DNA of 64,000 nt from Bacteroidota bacterium (GTDB taxonomy: Bacteria > Bacteroidota > Bacteroidia > Cytophagales > Cyclobacteriaceae): contig VGMW01000001.1 in NCBI GenBank assembly GCA_016866235.1, positions 611,731-675,730 of the forward strand, read 5' to 3'. The notes under the pieces were generated by a model. That model worked only from the letters and a program-made list of their open reading frames with translations, ran no database searches and was not told the DNA's origin. The first letter of the stretch is position 1. Each line of letters opens with the position of its first letter. The position numbers and the translations under genes are program-made. Shown one piece after another: positions 1 to 9,422 of this stretch.

Positions 1-420
1 GTCAAAATCCTGATAAAATGAGAAGGTTCTGTCTTTAAAGCTGTTTTTAGGTTCAACAGTATCGGTGTAATTGATCTTGACCGAAATGGTTAGCCTGGTT
101 AAGGCAGCCTGGTCGACCCGTGCACTTGAGCCAGATGCAGTGGGTGCAATTGGCGCCAGACGGTAATCGGTAATAACACCTTCCAATGCGAGTTGTCCGT
201 TTTCCGCCACCACCGATAAGTTGGAGTTTTGAATGAAGTAATCCTTCACTTTGTTGGTAAACTCAGCGCCAAGGTTTGCCGGCGCCAGCTCTGTATTATT
301 AAAAAACTGATCCACGGAAATGTTTGTGGCAGTGGTTGAAACGCCGGACATTGAATAGTGAATACAGCCCTGGAGCATTACACAGAGTACCACGAAAAAA
401 CCTGAGATTTTATTCCTCAA
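1..420 (-). CDS. lptE: LptE-like lipoprotein, 5' part (gene continues past the left edge)
   Basis: My own minus-strand translation; it is absent from the ORF track because there is no stop in the window. TTG at 420 gives MRNKISGFFVVLCVMLQGC-IHYSMSG..., with a basic n-region, a hydrophobic core and an LQGC lipobox. The frame stays open to position 1. The start overlaps the stop of the upstream activator by 11 nt. The family call rests on remembered miaB / sigma-54 activator / lptE synteny in Bacteroidota plus the lipoprotein character. Confidence 0.5.
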   Translation of the reverse strand, partial: MRNKISGFFVVLCVMLQGCIHYSMSGVSTTATNISVDQFFNNTELAPANLGAEFTNKVKDYFIQNSNLSVVAENGQLALEGVITDYRLAPIAPTASGSSARVDQAALTRLTISVKINYTDTVEPKNSFKDRTFSFYQDFD

Positions 421-1654
421 GTCCATACTCTTTAATTTTCCGGTACAGCGTGCGTTCAGAAATGCCCAGGTCATTCGCCGCATACTTTCTTTTATTGTTG
501 TTTTTCAACAATGCCTTTCGAATCAATTCTTTTTCTTTCTTTTCAATTGAAAGCGAATCATCCTCGGTTTCATGCGTAACATCCTCGACAATCTGAGGTT
601 CGGCATCCTCTTCAGCGGCCGCAGCGGACTTGTCCACTTTAATCAACACCGGATCAGCAGTTCTTTCATTGGATAAATCATTAAACAACTGAGGATGATC
701 CTTTAGTATCTGTGAAGCAACACTTGGATTGTTCAATCCTTCCAGCACTAGTTTTTTCAACTCATTCACGTCCCTTCTCATTTCAAAAAGTACCTTATAC
801 AGGATTTCCCTCTCTGAAATGTTATCAGCAGCTGATCCTAAACGTGCCGGTAAGCTGCTCTCAGAAGGTATGTATTTGGCAAGCAATTCCGCATTGATTT
901 CTTTTTGATCGGCAGAAAGAACAGAAATTTGTTCCACCAGATTTTTCAATTGTCGGATGTTGCCTGGAAAACGGTAACGGATGAGCACTTGTTTGGCTTC
1001 TTCGGTAAGGTTGATAGGCTTTACCTTATACTTCTCGGCAAAATCAGAGGCGAATTTCCTAAACAGCAATTCAGCATCCTTGCCACGCTCTCTAAGGGGC
1101 GGCACATAAATGGGGACGGTATTCAGTCGGTAATAGAGATCCTCACGGAACTGACCTTCCTCTGCTTTCTTCAGAAGATTGACGTTGGTTGCTGCAACAA
1201 CCCGAACATCGGTTTTCTGGACTTTCGAACTTCCAACTTTAATGAACTCGCCATATTCCAAAACTCTAAGGAGTCTTGCCTGGGTGCTCAGGGGCATTTC
1301 GCCAATTTCATCCAGGAATATGGTACCGCCATTGGTGACTTCGAAATAGCCTTTTCTTGCTTCATGAGCTCCTGTAAAGGCCCCCTTCTCGTGACCAAAC
1401 AATTCAGAGTCGATGGTGCCTTCAGGAATAGAGCCACAGTTGATGGCAATAAATTGGCCATGTTTTCGTGGCGATAGGTGGTGGATGATTTTGGAAAAAC
1501 TTTCTTTTCCGCTTCCACTTTCGCCGGTAATCAGGACCGACATTTCAGTCGGCGCTACCTGCATGGCCACCCGCACCGCGTTGTTGAGCAAATCGGAAGT
1601 GCCGATAATGCCGAAGCGTTGCTTGACCGATTGAATATCGTTTTCAGTAATCAT
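410..1654 (-). CDS. sigma-54-dependent transcriptional activator: AAA+ core plus Fis-type HTH, no N-terminal sensor or receiver domain
   Basis: 414 aa. Walker A GESGSGKE, GAFTGA sigma-54 contact loop, C-terminal HTH (ANDLGISERTLYRKIKEY). The AAA+ module begins about 15 aa from the N-terminus. Confidence 0.9.
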   Translation of the reverse strand: MITENDIQSVKQRFGIIGTSDLLNNAVRVAMQVAPTEMSVLITGESGSGKESFSKIIHHLSPRKHGQFIAINCGSIPEGTIDSELFGHEKGAFTGAHEARKGYFEVTNGGTIFLDEIGEMPLSTQARLLRVLEYGEFIKVGSSKVQKTDVRVVAATNVNLLKKAEEGQFREDLYYRLNTVPIYVPPLRERGKDAELLFRKFASDFAEKYKVKPINLTEEAKQVLIRYRFPGNIRQLKNLVEQISVLSADQKEINAELLAKYIPSESSLPARLGSAADNISEREILYKVLFEMRRDVNELKKLVLEGLNNPSVASQILKDHPQLFNDLSNERTADPVLIKVDKSAAAAEEDAEPQIVEDVTHETEDDSLSIEKKEKELIRKALLKNNNKRKYAANDLGISERTLYRKIKEYGLEE

Positions 1655-1659
1655 GCTGA

Positions 1660-3069
1660 CTAAACTATTTTGCCCAGCAATGTTGCGCCGGTTGAAGATT
1701 CAACCAACACATTTACATATTGCCCGGGTTGGTAATTCATTTTAGGAAAGACAATAACCTTGTTTGCAGAGTTTCTTCCCTGAAGATCATCTGCTGATCG
1801 CTTAGACGTTCCTTCAATCAGAACCCTGAAGGTTTTGCCTACTTCATGTAGATTTCTTTCCTGCGAGTGTCTGTTTTGAAGCGCGATGATTTCTCCAAGT
1901 CTTTTCTTCTTGGTTTCAGCATCGATGTCGTCTGTAAATTTTTTTTCCGCAGGTGTTCCTGGTCTTTCTGAATAAGCAAACATGTAGGCAAAGTCAAATT
2001 TGACCTGTTCCATAAGGTCAAGGGTTTGAAGGTGCTCCTCCTCGGTTTCAGAACAGAATCCGGTGATCATATCGGAGGAAAGTCCACAATCCTCACCCAG
2101 AATTTCCCGTATTCGTGAGACTTTTTGAAGATACCACTCCCGGGTGTAACCACGATTCATCATTTCCAGGATCCGGTTGTTCCCACTTTGAACGGGGAGG
2201 TGTATGTATTTGCAAATGTTTTCATACCTGGCCATCGTATGGAGTACATCATCGGTGATGTCTTTTGGGTGTGAGGTAGAAAACCTGATCCTCAGTGCTG
2301 GGTTTACTTCAGCAACCATGGCCAAAAGATCATAGAATCGTACGATGGAAGAACTTGTTGTTTTTTCAAGTCTTGCTTTGTTGTTCTCTTCAGGGCTCCA
2401 TTTATAAGAATCCACATTTTGACCCAGTAGCGTAACCTCACGGTAGCCAGAATCAAACAGTTTTTGTGCTTCTGCTACGATCGAGTGAGGATCGCGGCTT
2501 CTTTCTCTTCCACGTGTGAAGGGTACAACACAGAAGGAGCACATGTTGTCGCATCCCCGCATGATGCTGATGAAGGCTGTGACCCCATTGCTGTTAAGTC
2601 TTACGGGATCGATATCAAAGTAGGTTTCTTCCCGCGAGAGAAAAGTATTGATCGCTTTTTGGCCTGATTCAGCCTGAGCGATTAGTTCGGGGAGGTTACG
2701 GTAAGCATCCGGACCGGCCACCAGGTCTACTATTTTTTCTTCTTCTAGAAATTTTGATTTTAGTCTTTCCGCCATACAGCCGAGTACGCCGACCAACATC
2801 TCCGGCTTTCTTTTTTTGAAGACTTGGATTTGTTGAAGGCGGTGGCGAACCGTTTGCTCGGCCTTTTCCCGAATGGAGCAGGTGTTAAGAAAAACCACGT
2901 CGGCCTCTTCAATGCTTTTAGTGCTGGAGAAACCTTGTTTTTCAAGTACGGAGGCAACGATTTCGCTGTCGGAAAAATTCATCTGGCAGCCATAGCTTTC
3001 GATGTAGAGTTTTCCTTTGGAACCTCTGGTTGATTCGCTTAAAACAGCCTCTTCCGTTGATTTTTGCAT
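1660..3069 (-). CDS. miaB: tRNA-i6A37 methylthiotransferase MiaB
   Basis: 469 aa. N-terminal [10 protein letters not shown], radical-SAM cluster motif CDNMCSFC, C-terminal TRAM-like region. Confidence 0.92.
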   Translation of the reverse strand: MQKSTEEAVLSESTRGSKGKLYIESYGCQMNFSDSEIVASVLEKQGFSSTKSIEEADVVFLNTCSIREKAEQTVRHRLQQIQVFKKRKPEMLVGVLGCMAERLKSKFLEEEKIVDLVAGPDAYRNLPELIAQAESGQKAINTFLSREETYFDIDPVRLNSNGVTAFISIMRGCDNMCSFCVVPFTRGRERSRDPHSIVAEAQKLFDSGYREVTLLGQNVDSYKWSPEENNKARLEKTTSSSIVRFYDLLAMVAEVNPALRIRFSTSHPKDITDDVLHTMARYENICKYIHLPVQSGNNRILEMMNRGYTREWYLQKVSRIREILGEDCGLSSDMITGFCSETEEEHLQTLDLMEQVKFDFAYMFAYSERPGTPAEKKFTDDIDAETKKKRLGEIIALQNRHSQERNLHEVGKTFRVLIEGTSKRSADDLQGRNSANKVIVFPKMNYQPGQYVNVLVESSTGATLLGKIV

Positions 3070-3091
3070 TGATTTTGCGTGGTACAGCCTG

Positions 3092-3099
3092 CAAAAATA
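3092..3099 (-). promoter_or_regulatory. Bacteroidota-type -7 promoter element (TATTTTTG) for miaB
   Basis: Perfect TAnnTTTG on the minus strand. Its G lies 23 nt upstream of the miaB ATG at 3069. Confidence 0.45.
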
Positions 3100-3362
3100 C
3101 TAAGAATAGGGGATTTTTCTGCCACTTTGGCAGTAAGGGAAATTTCAGTTTGAGGGGTTTGAAAAGACCGACTTTAAACGTTGAATGATTATTTAAAAAA
3201 AATGCCCTGCATAAACTGATACGTTTTCTTCCAAAAGGCTCTTCAGCACAAAAAAGAGATAAGCATGTTCCATCAAACTCAGTCTCTTTTTTTGTTTCTG
3301 ATCAGGGTCATTCGGTTGAAAGAATTCAATTCGCGTAATTTGATTGAGCAACAATCAAACGC

Positions 3363-3884
3363 ATGGCACTAATCAAAACCGTCAGAGGATACACACCAGT
3401 TTTCGGGACTGATTGCTTTTTGGCTGAGACGTCTGTCATTCTTGGAGAAGTATTGATGGGCAATCGTTGTACCGTTTGGTACAATGCGGTGGTTAGAGGT
3501 GATGTGAATCGGATTACCATCGGAGATCGTTCCAATATTCAGGATGGCGTAGTCATCCATGGAACCTATCAGAAAAACGCCACGCTCATTGGCAGTGATG
3601 TGAGCATTGGCCATAATGCCATTGTTCACGGTTGCATTATTGAAGATCGTGTGCTGATTGGTATGGGGGCGATTGTGATGGACACCGCCGTAATTGAAAC
3701 CGGATCGATGGTAGCAGCTGGTGCGGTGGTGCTGCAAGGGACAAGGGTTTCTGCAGGTATGCTCTATGCAGGGGTTCCCGCAAAACCCATCAGGAAAATT
3801 GATACGGAATTGCTTGAAATGATCGACCGGACCGCCAGAAATTATCCGGTTTACGCAGACTGGTTTAGGGAAGGTGAAAAGTAG
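3363..3884 (+). CDS. gamma-carbonic-anhydrase-family protein (left-handed beta-helix, YrdA/PaaY-like)
   Basis: 173 aa. Hexapeptide repeats. N-terminus MALIKTVRGYTPVFG, VVRGDVNRITIGDRSNIQDGVVIHG. Confidence 0.85.
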   Translation: MALIKTVRGYTPVFGTDCFLAETSVILGEVLMGNRCTVWYNAVVRGDVNRITIGDRSNIQDGVVIHGTYQKNATLIGSDVSIGHNAIVHGCIIEDRVLIGMGAIVMDTAVIETGSMVAAGAVVLQGTRVSAGMLYAGVPAKPIRKIDTELLEMIDRTARNYPVYADWFREGEK

Positions 3885-3918
3885 GATGCGGTTGGCTTGG
3901 GTGAATCGGACATCCTGA

Positions 3919-3926
3919 TATCTTTG
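3919..3926 (+). promoter_or_regulatory. -7 promoter element (TATCTTTG) for the ompH-like gene
   Basis: Perfect TAnnTTTG. Its G lies 20 nt upstream of ATG 3946. Confidence 0.45.
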
Positions 3927-3945
3927 CAGGTTCAAATCCAATACG

Positions 3946-4551
3946 ATGAAAAATATTTCTGTTGTTCTCAATGTTGTCCTTCTGGTGGCAGTTGGCGCAT
4001 TGTATTTCATTCACTTTTCTTCTTCACCTTCTGCAACCGCGCCTGCCGGTCCTTCCGGAGACGGATTGAAGATTGCCTACATCCAGGCTGATACGGTCCT
4101 GAAGCATTATGATTACCTCAAGGCAGAGCAGGAAAAATTTGATGATAAGGGAAAGAAGATCGAGCAGGATATGAAAAACCGAGCACAGAGTCTTCAAACA
4201 GAGATTCAGGCCTATCAGCAGAATGTTAACAACATGACCATTGGACAAGCTAAGGCGGTTGAGGAGGATCTTGGAAAGAAGCAGCAGAATTTTGAATTGT
4301 ACCGCGAGCGTGCAACCCAGGAGCTGATGGCCGAACAGGATAAGCTTAACAAGGCCTTGTACGATAAGGTGACAGCCTTCCTTAAGGATTACGGCACTAA
4401 AAATGGTTACCATGTTGTATTAAAGTATAACACGGCCAGTGACGTACTTTTTGCCAGTGAAGGTCTTGACATTAGCCGTCAGGTAATTGAGGGCTTGAAC
4501 GATGAGTACCGCAAGGAATCTGGAAAGTTAAAGACCCCAGAGAAGAAATAA
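3946..4551 (+). CDS. OmpH/Skp-family periplasmic chaperone
   Basis: 201 aa. N-terminal signal/anchor (VVLNVVLLVAVGALYF) followed by a long Q/K/E-rich coiled-coil region typical of Skp/OmpH. Confidence 0.8.
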   Translation: MKNISVVLNVVLLVAVGALYFIHFSSSPSATAPAGPSGDGLKIAYIQADTVLKHYDYLKAEQEKFDDKGKKIEQDMKNRAQSLQTEIQAYQQNVNNMTIGQAKAVEEDLGKKQQNFELYRERATQELMAEQDKLNKALYDKVTAFLKDYGTKNGYHVVLKYNTASDVLFASEGLDISRQVIEGLNDEYRKESGKLKTPEKK

Positions 4552-4568
4552 TTTCAGGTTAAAAATTC

Positions 4569-4592
4569 AAAAGGCCCGTAAGGGCCTTTTTT
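4569..4592. terminator. bidirectional intrinsic terminator between convergent ompH-like and kinase genes
   Basis: AAAAGGCCC-GTAA-GGGCCTTTT hairpin. The loop is a GNRA tetraloop. An A-run lies 5' and a T-run 3', so it can work on both strands. Confidence 0.65.
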
Positions 4593-4643
4593 GTTTGCTT
4601 TAAAATCTTTGGCTTCATTCCAGCCTGTCAATTTCTTTTTAGT

Positions 4644-6569
4644 CTATCGCTTCAAAAATTTCTTTAACGCCAGAATCGTCTTCTCCGAAGTCTTTTGGAA
4701 TATGGCCGTATCCTCAAATACCTGCCTTGCATTGTTATCATCTGTGCCCAACATCTCAATACGTACCGCTACCTCGCGCGCATTTTCCGCGCCAACCATC
4801 ACCAACGATGGTTTCATTTTATGCACCGACCGCACAATGGTTCGCAAATCTTTTTTTGTTAGAGCTTCCTGAATATTGGTCAGCTCCAGTGCTGCCGTTG
4901 ATAGAAACGATTCAACAATCTGTTGGATGAAATTCAAATCATTCCCGGAAACACGCTTCAGATACCCCAAGTCAAAAACCTTACCGGCTACATTCAAACT
5001 GCCATCGGCACCATCCTTAATAGCAACCATTGATTTTTTATCGGCATACAATCTTAAAACGCCTTGTAATTCAGCGGGCGTAAATGGCTTGGGTAAATAA
5101 TCCGTCATGCCACAAGCCTTGCATTGCTCTAGAATATTTTGCGTTGCGTTTGCTGTTAAGGCAATAATGGGCATTTGATTTTTCTCAGGCAGCATAGTCC
5201 GAATGGCTTTGGTTGCCTCAAAACCATCCATCACCGGCATCTGGACATCCATCAAAACGATATCAGGCGTAAATGTTTTGAGTTTCTCCAACGCCACAAA
5301 CCCATTCTCCGCAACCTCATAGTGAATACCCCAATTTTTTAAAATGCTTCCAGCGTAGAGTTGGTTGATGTCGTTGTCTTCCACCAGCAGGACAGAAATT
5401 TTTCCTGGACTGTCCAACCTCTTTTCAGCATTGGATTTTCCTGAGGATTTACGAACAGCTGTGGCTTCCATGGTTTCGTAAGGAATACGAACCGTAAATA
5501 CAGAGCCCACCCCTTCAATGCTGGATACCTCAATGGATCCATGCTGAAGTTCGGTCAGCTGCTTCACAATCGCTAAACCCAAACCTGTTCCACCATATTT
5601 TCTGGTGACGCTGCTGTCTGCCTGGCTGAACCGTTCAAAAATTTTATTTAATTTTTCCTTGGCCACCCCGATGCCCGTATCCTTTACTTCAAAGGCGAGC
5701 AGAATACTTTTTTCCTTGGTTTCCTCCGCTTTTACGGAGACATGAATCGATCCCTGGTGCGTGAACTTTAACGCATTGCCGATCAGGTTGATCAGAATCT
5801 GGTTGAGTCGAACCGGATCACCCAACAGAATTCTGCGAATACCTGTTTCCTGGCGTATGATAAGCTGAATGCCCTTTGATTTGGCCTGAAAACCAAAGGT
5901 GCTTTGCAAGGCCGATAAAAGGTCATCGAGGTTGAATCCAATTTTTTCAAATTTGATCTGACCCGATTCAATCCGGGACAAATCCAGAATGTCGTTGATG
6001 ATTACTTTTAAATTCTCAGCTGCAGAGCGTATCGCAGTAAGGTAGGATTTGGCCTCCTCCGGCGGCGTGGTTTCATTCAACAGGGATGCGATTCCTGCAA
6101 TACCGTTAATGGGCGTTCGGATCTCGTGGCTAATGTTGGCCATAAACAATTCCTTGGCCTGTTGCGCCATCAGCAATTCAGCGGCATCTTTTTTTCTCTG
6201 CGTAATATCTCGACAATCTAGGATCAGGGCCTCAACACCCTCTGTTTTTTTAAGATTGATGGAATTAAACTCAAAAAACCGAAAGGTCTTATCCTTACAG
6301 AGAAACTGAAATTCAACAGACCGGTTGAAAGGTTTTTTGGTGCTGGCTTTGAATTGCTTTCGGGTCTCACCATCGTCCTTTAGAAACTTGAAAAAATTTT
6401 TTCCAACAAGGAAATCGCGGTTGTACCCGAGCGTTGATTTTACTGAGTGGTTGGCATAAAGTATCTCACCATCGTAATCGACAATCATGACGATGTCGGA
6501 GCCATCCTCAACAACCGATTTAAAAAATTTCCCCCTGGCAACGAATTGCCTTAGCTTTTTTTGGTCCAT
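4644..6569 (-). CDS. hybrid sensor histidine kinase (PAS, HisKA, HATPase, receiver, HPt)
   Basis: 641 aa. H-box SHEIRTPINGI, DTGIGV and GGTGLGL boxes, receiver LLVEDNDIN...LMDVQMPVMDG, C-terminal HPt-like SVHKMKPS. The ATG overlaps the stop of the upstream regulator (TGATG). Confidence 0.9.
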   Translation of the reverse strand: MDQKKLRQFVARGKFFKSVVEDGSDIVMIVDYDGEILYANHSVKSTLGYNRDFLVGKNFFKFLKDDGETRKQFKASTKKPFNRSVEFQFLCKDKTFRFFEFNSINLKKTEGVEALILDCRDITQRKKDAAELLMAQQAKELFMANISHEIRTPINGIAGIASLLNETTPPEEAKSYLTAIRSAAENLKVIINDILDLSRIESGQIKFEKIGFNLDDLLSALQSTFGFQAKSKGIQLIIRQETGIRRILLGDPVRLNQILINLIGNALKFTHQGSIHVSVKAEETKEKSILLAFEVKDTGIGVAKEKLNKIFERFSQADSSVTRKYGGTGLGLAIVKQLTELQHGSIEVSSIEGVGSVFTVRIPYETMEATAVRKSSGKSNAEKRLDSPGKISVLLVEDNDINQLYAGSILKNWGIHYEVAENGFVALEKLKTFTPDIVLMDVQMPVMDGFEATKAIRTMLPEKNQMPIIALTANATQNILEQCKACGMTDYLPKPFTPAELQGVLRLYADKKSMVAIKDGADGSLNVAGKVFDLGYLKRVSGNDLNFIQQIVESFLSTAALELTNIQEALTKKDLRTIVRSVHKMKPSLVMVGAENAREVAVRIEMLGTDDNNARQVFEDTAIFQKTSEKTILALKKFLKR

Positions 6570-7930
6570 CAGATCCCTTTCGCTTCCATTTCCTTAAGAT
6601 ACCGGTAGATCGAGGATTTACCAATACCAAGCTTATTGGCTACCTCCAGCACATTACCGTCGTACTTGTTAAGGAAATTCCTGATGATGTAATAAGTATA
6701 GTCTTCCAGTGACATTTCCGAGGAGAAGAAATTCGTGGATTGATTGCTATTAAATGAAATGTCATTCTCACCAATTTCTCCATTCTCACATAAAACTGCC
6801 GCCAACTCCATCACCGACCTGAGTTCACGAACATTACCGGGAAATTGATAACTGTTTAACTTTTGCTGTGCCTCAGGACTTAATCGGACAGGATTGAGTT
6901 GATTTTCTCGTACAAACTGATCCAGGAAATATTTTGCCAGAATAATAATGTCCTGACCTCTATCTCTGAGCGGAGGTAAATGAATGGGTAATCCAAGCAA
7001 CCGGTAGTAAAGATCTTCTCTGAATCTACCAGCTTTAACCTCCTCCTGTAAATTTTTATTGGTAGCAACCATAACGCGGGTATCCAGAGAAATAACCTCG
7101 TTGCTACCCAATCGAGTAACCTCCCTTTCCTGAAGAACCCGCAGCAACTTGGCCTGCATGGCGAGTTCCATTTCTCCGATTTCATCCAGAAAAATGGTTC
7201 CTTCATGGGCTTCTTCGAATTTTCCAATTCTCCTGGCTATTGCACCGGTAAATGCTCCTTTCTCATAGCCGAAGAGTTCACCTTCCAGAAGTTCCTTGGG
7301 AATGGCGGTAACATTGATGGCTACAAAAGGTTTATTCTTTCTTTTAGAGTTGTAATGAATGGCTTTGGCCACCAGTTCTTTTCCTGTACCGGTTTCACCG
7401 TAGATGCTCACCGTGATGTTTGATTTCACCGCCTTGTCGAGCAGTCCAAAGACTTTTCGAATGGCTTCACTGGACCCTACAATGCTCTTTTCAAATTCAT
7501 ATTTCACCGCAATTTCTTCCTTGAGCCTGCCCATCTCTCGGATCATGCCCCTTTTTGTTCGGGCATTCTGGACGGAATTCAGGATTCGCTCTTTTGCTTC
7601 ATTGTCTTTCACAATGTAGTCGTAGGCCCCGGATTTGAGCAGGTTGACGGCGGTATCAATTTTTTCCTGTCCGGAAACAACGATTACAGGAATTTCTGAA
7701 TCGAATTCGTGAATTTTTTTCAGCACATCTTCCCCCAACATATCGGGAAGTACAAAGTCCAGATTTATTATATCTGGTTTCTTGCTTTCCAGGTCAGCTA
7801 AAGCTGCTTTGGCGGTTTCATAGAAATGCACCTCGTAGTCGGGATTCAGGTCATAGACGTACTTAAGGAATTTGGTGTACGTTGGATCGTCTTCGATCAC
7901 AAAAATCCGGCATATATTTTCTGAGTTCAT
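6569..7930 (-). CDS. NtrC-family sigma-54-dependent response regulator
   Basis: 453 aa. Receiver domain ([10 protein letters not shown]), AAA+ module ([14 protein letters not shown]), C-terminal HTH. Confidence 0.9.
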   Translation of the reverse strand: MNSENICRIFVIEDDPTYTKFLKYVYDLNPDYEVHFYETAKAALADLESKKPDIINLDFVLPDMLGEDVLKKIHEFDSEIPVIVVSGQEKIDTAVNLLKSGAYDYIVKDNEAKERILNSVQNARTKRGMIREMGRLKEEIAVKYEFEKSIVGSSEAIRKVFGLLDKAVKSNITVSIYGETGTGKELVAKAIHYNSKRKNKPFVAINVTAIPKELLEGELFGYEKGAFTGAIARRIGKFEEAHEGTIFLDEIGEMELAMQAKLLRVLQEREVTRLGSNEVISLDTRVMVATNKNLQEEVKAGRFREDLYYRLLGLPIHLPPLRDRGQDIIILAKYFLDQFVRENQLNPVRLSPEAQQKLNSYQFPGNVRELRSVMELAAVLCENGEIGENDISFNSNQSTNFFSSEMSLEDYTYYIIRNFLNKYDGNVLEVANKLGIGKSSIYRYLKEMEAKGI

Positions 7931-8271
7931 AGGCAGTTTTAGCGTTTACCGGTTGAACACAGTGCCTATTGATGAGCATGCATGCTCGACGCTAAGCCGT
8001 ACCGAATTTCAATCGGAATAAATCCCAAAATAGGAAAAATTGTGTCCCAAATTAAGTATTCGTTCAATACGCCAACAAACATCAGATTATCAAAGAATTA
8101 TAAACATAAAACCGGTGCCTGATAAGTAGTGAAAAGTTGAAAATCGATTTGCATGTTGGATTTGACGACGGCTATCTCTGATTGGGATTTTGCAGACGGC
8201 ATAAAGAGAAATTCGACGCTAAATGCACACAGGAAGATGTTGCCAAACTTGATTTCAGGGTGCAACCATCT

Positions 8272-9315
8272 ATGAATTACCTTGCAGCTCCAATGGATCA
8301 GGCTGTAAAAAAGATTGTTCAGGAGATAAAGTCAAAGAAGCCTTCACCGGTTTATTTCCTGCAGGGAGAGGAAAACTATTTCATAGATGTCATTGCCAAC
8401 GTCCTGGAGAATGAATTTTTGGGTGAAAGTGAAAAGTCATTTAATCAGGTTGTCCTTTATGGCGGAGAAACAAATTTGCCGACCATTCTCGCCAATGCCA
8501 GAAAATTTCCAATGATGTGCGACCATCAGGTGGTTCTGGTAAAAGAGGCGCAAGAGCTTTCTGACCTTTATAAAGAGCCTGGTTCCAAACTCCTGCTGGA
8601 TTATTTTAATAAACCGGTACCCTCCACGGTATTGATGTTCTGCCACAAGCACAAAACCCTGGACAAGCGTAAAGAATTCGGCAAAAAAGCTGAGTTGTCC
8701 GGTGTGGTTTCAACCTTTAAAAAAATTCCTGATTACAAGGTTGCAGACTTTGTAATGGAACTTACCTCTGAAAAAGGTTACCGAATAGAAGAAGGGGCAG
8801 CCCAGATTCTCAGCGAATCGGTTGGAAACGACCTGAGCCGCATAGCCAATGAATTGGCGAAAGTGATGATCACCCGTGCGCCCGGATCTTTAATTACTGC
8901 AGACCAGGTAATGAAAGAGGTAGGGGTGAGCAGAGAGTACAATATTTTTGAACTCCAAAAAGCAGTCACGACCAGAAACCTGCCCAAGGCCTATGCGATC
9001 ATCCGATATTTTCAGGCCAACCCCAAGAAAAATCCTGCCATTCCCAACATTGCTTTTTTGTATTCATTTTTTTCAAAGTTGCTGGCAGCATCATCGCTGC
9101 CCGATCAATCTTCACGGTCGTTGATTGCGCAGTTAAAAATGTCACCAATGATGGCCAACGATTATTCAACGGCGCTTCGTTATTACTCTGCTCAGCGAAT
9201 CAGGGAAAACATTTCCGTGTTAAAGGATGCTGACCTTAGGGTGAAGGGTTTTGGTTCCCAAGGTGATAGTGATGGTGATATCCTGCTCGAAACCATCTTA
9301 CGATTGATGGCCTAA
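8272..9315 (+). CDS. holA: DNA polymerase III delta subunit
   Basis: The track ORF starts at TTG 8182. I prefer ATG 8272 (8293 is also possible) because the conserved delta N-terminus (PSPVYFLQGEENYFID) follows shortly after. The length and overall pattern are HolA-like. Confidence 0.75.
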   Translation: MNYLAAPMDQAVKKIVQEIKSKKPSPVYFLQGEENYFIDVIANVLENEFLGESEKSFNQVVLYGGETNLPTILANARKFPMMCDHQVVLVKEAQELSDLYKEPGSKLLLDYFNKPVPSTVLMFCHKHKTLDKRKEFGKKAELSGVVSTFKKIPDYKVADFVMELTSEKGYRIEEGAAQILSESVGNDLSRIANELAKVMITRAPGSLITADQVMKEVGVSREYNIFELQKAVTTRNLPKAYAIIRYFQANPKKNPAIPNIAFLYSFFSKLLAASSLPDQSSRSLIAQLKMSPMMANDYSTALRYYSAQRIRENISVLKDADLRVKGFGSQGDSDGDILLETILRLMA

Positions 9316-9343
9316 GGGGCTCCGGTTATTGGCAATTATTCCC

Positions 9344-9351
9344 TAAATTTG
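9344..9351 (+). promoter_or_regulatory. -7 promoter element (TAAATTTG) upstream of the TPR gene
   Basis: Perfect TAnnTTTG, 72 nt upstream of ATG 9423. Confidence 0.35.
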
Positions 9352-9422
9352 ATGGTCTGTTTAATTTTTTTGCAGACTGGATAATTTTTTGATTCCAAAA
9401 CAGTTTTTCAGATAAACCGTTG

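Noticed and set aside
905-1477. 190-aa ORF antisense to the sigma-54 activator; similar cases at 23173-23715 in accC, 59551-59976 in the amidohydrolase and 56382-56798 in the SelA-like gene
   Set aside because: Each lies wholly inside a well-supported gene on the other strand and has low-complexity, motif-free translations. They are treated as shadow ORFs.
3121-3140. Sigma-54 (-24/-12) promoters for the two activators encoded in the window
   Set aside because: I scanned the intergenic regions by eye for TGGCAC-N5-TTGC on both strands. The only TGGCA-containing sites (for example 3128-3133) lack a TTGC at the right spacing. No site is reported.
3369-4010. 213-aa ORF antisense to the gamma-carbonic-anhydrase-like gene
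   Set aside because: The sense strand encodes a full-length protein with convincing motifs. Hexapeptide-repeat genes typically leave long open antisense frames. The antisense product has no recognisable features.
7986-8222. 10-nt direct repeat TCGACGCTAA at 7986-7995 and 8213-8222, possibly flanking an inserted element
   Set aside because: Nothing mobile lies between the copies: no ORF and no terminal inverted repeats. By a rough estimate a single 10-mer repeat within about 340 nt is only marginally unexpected.
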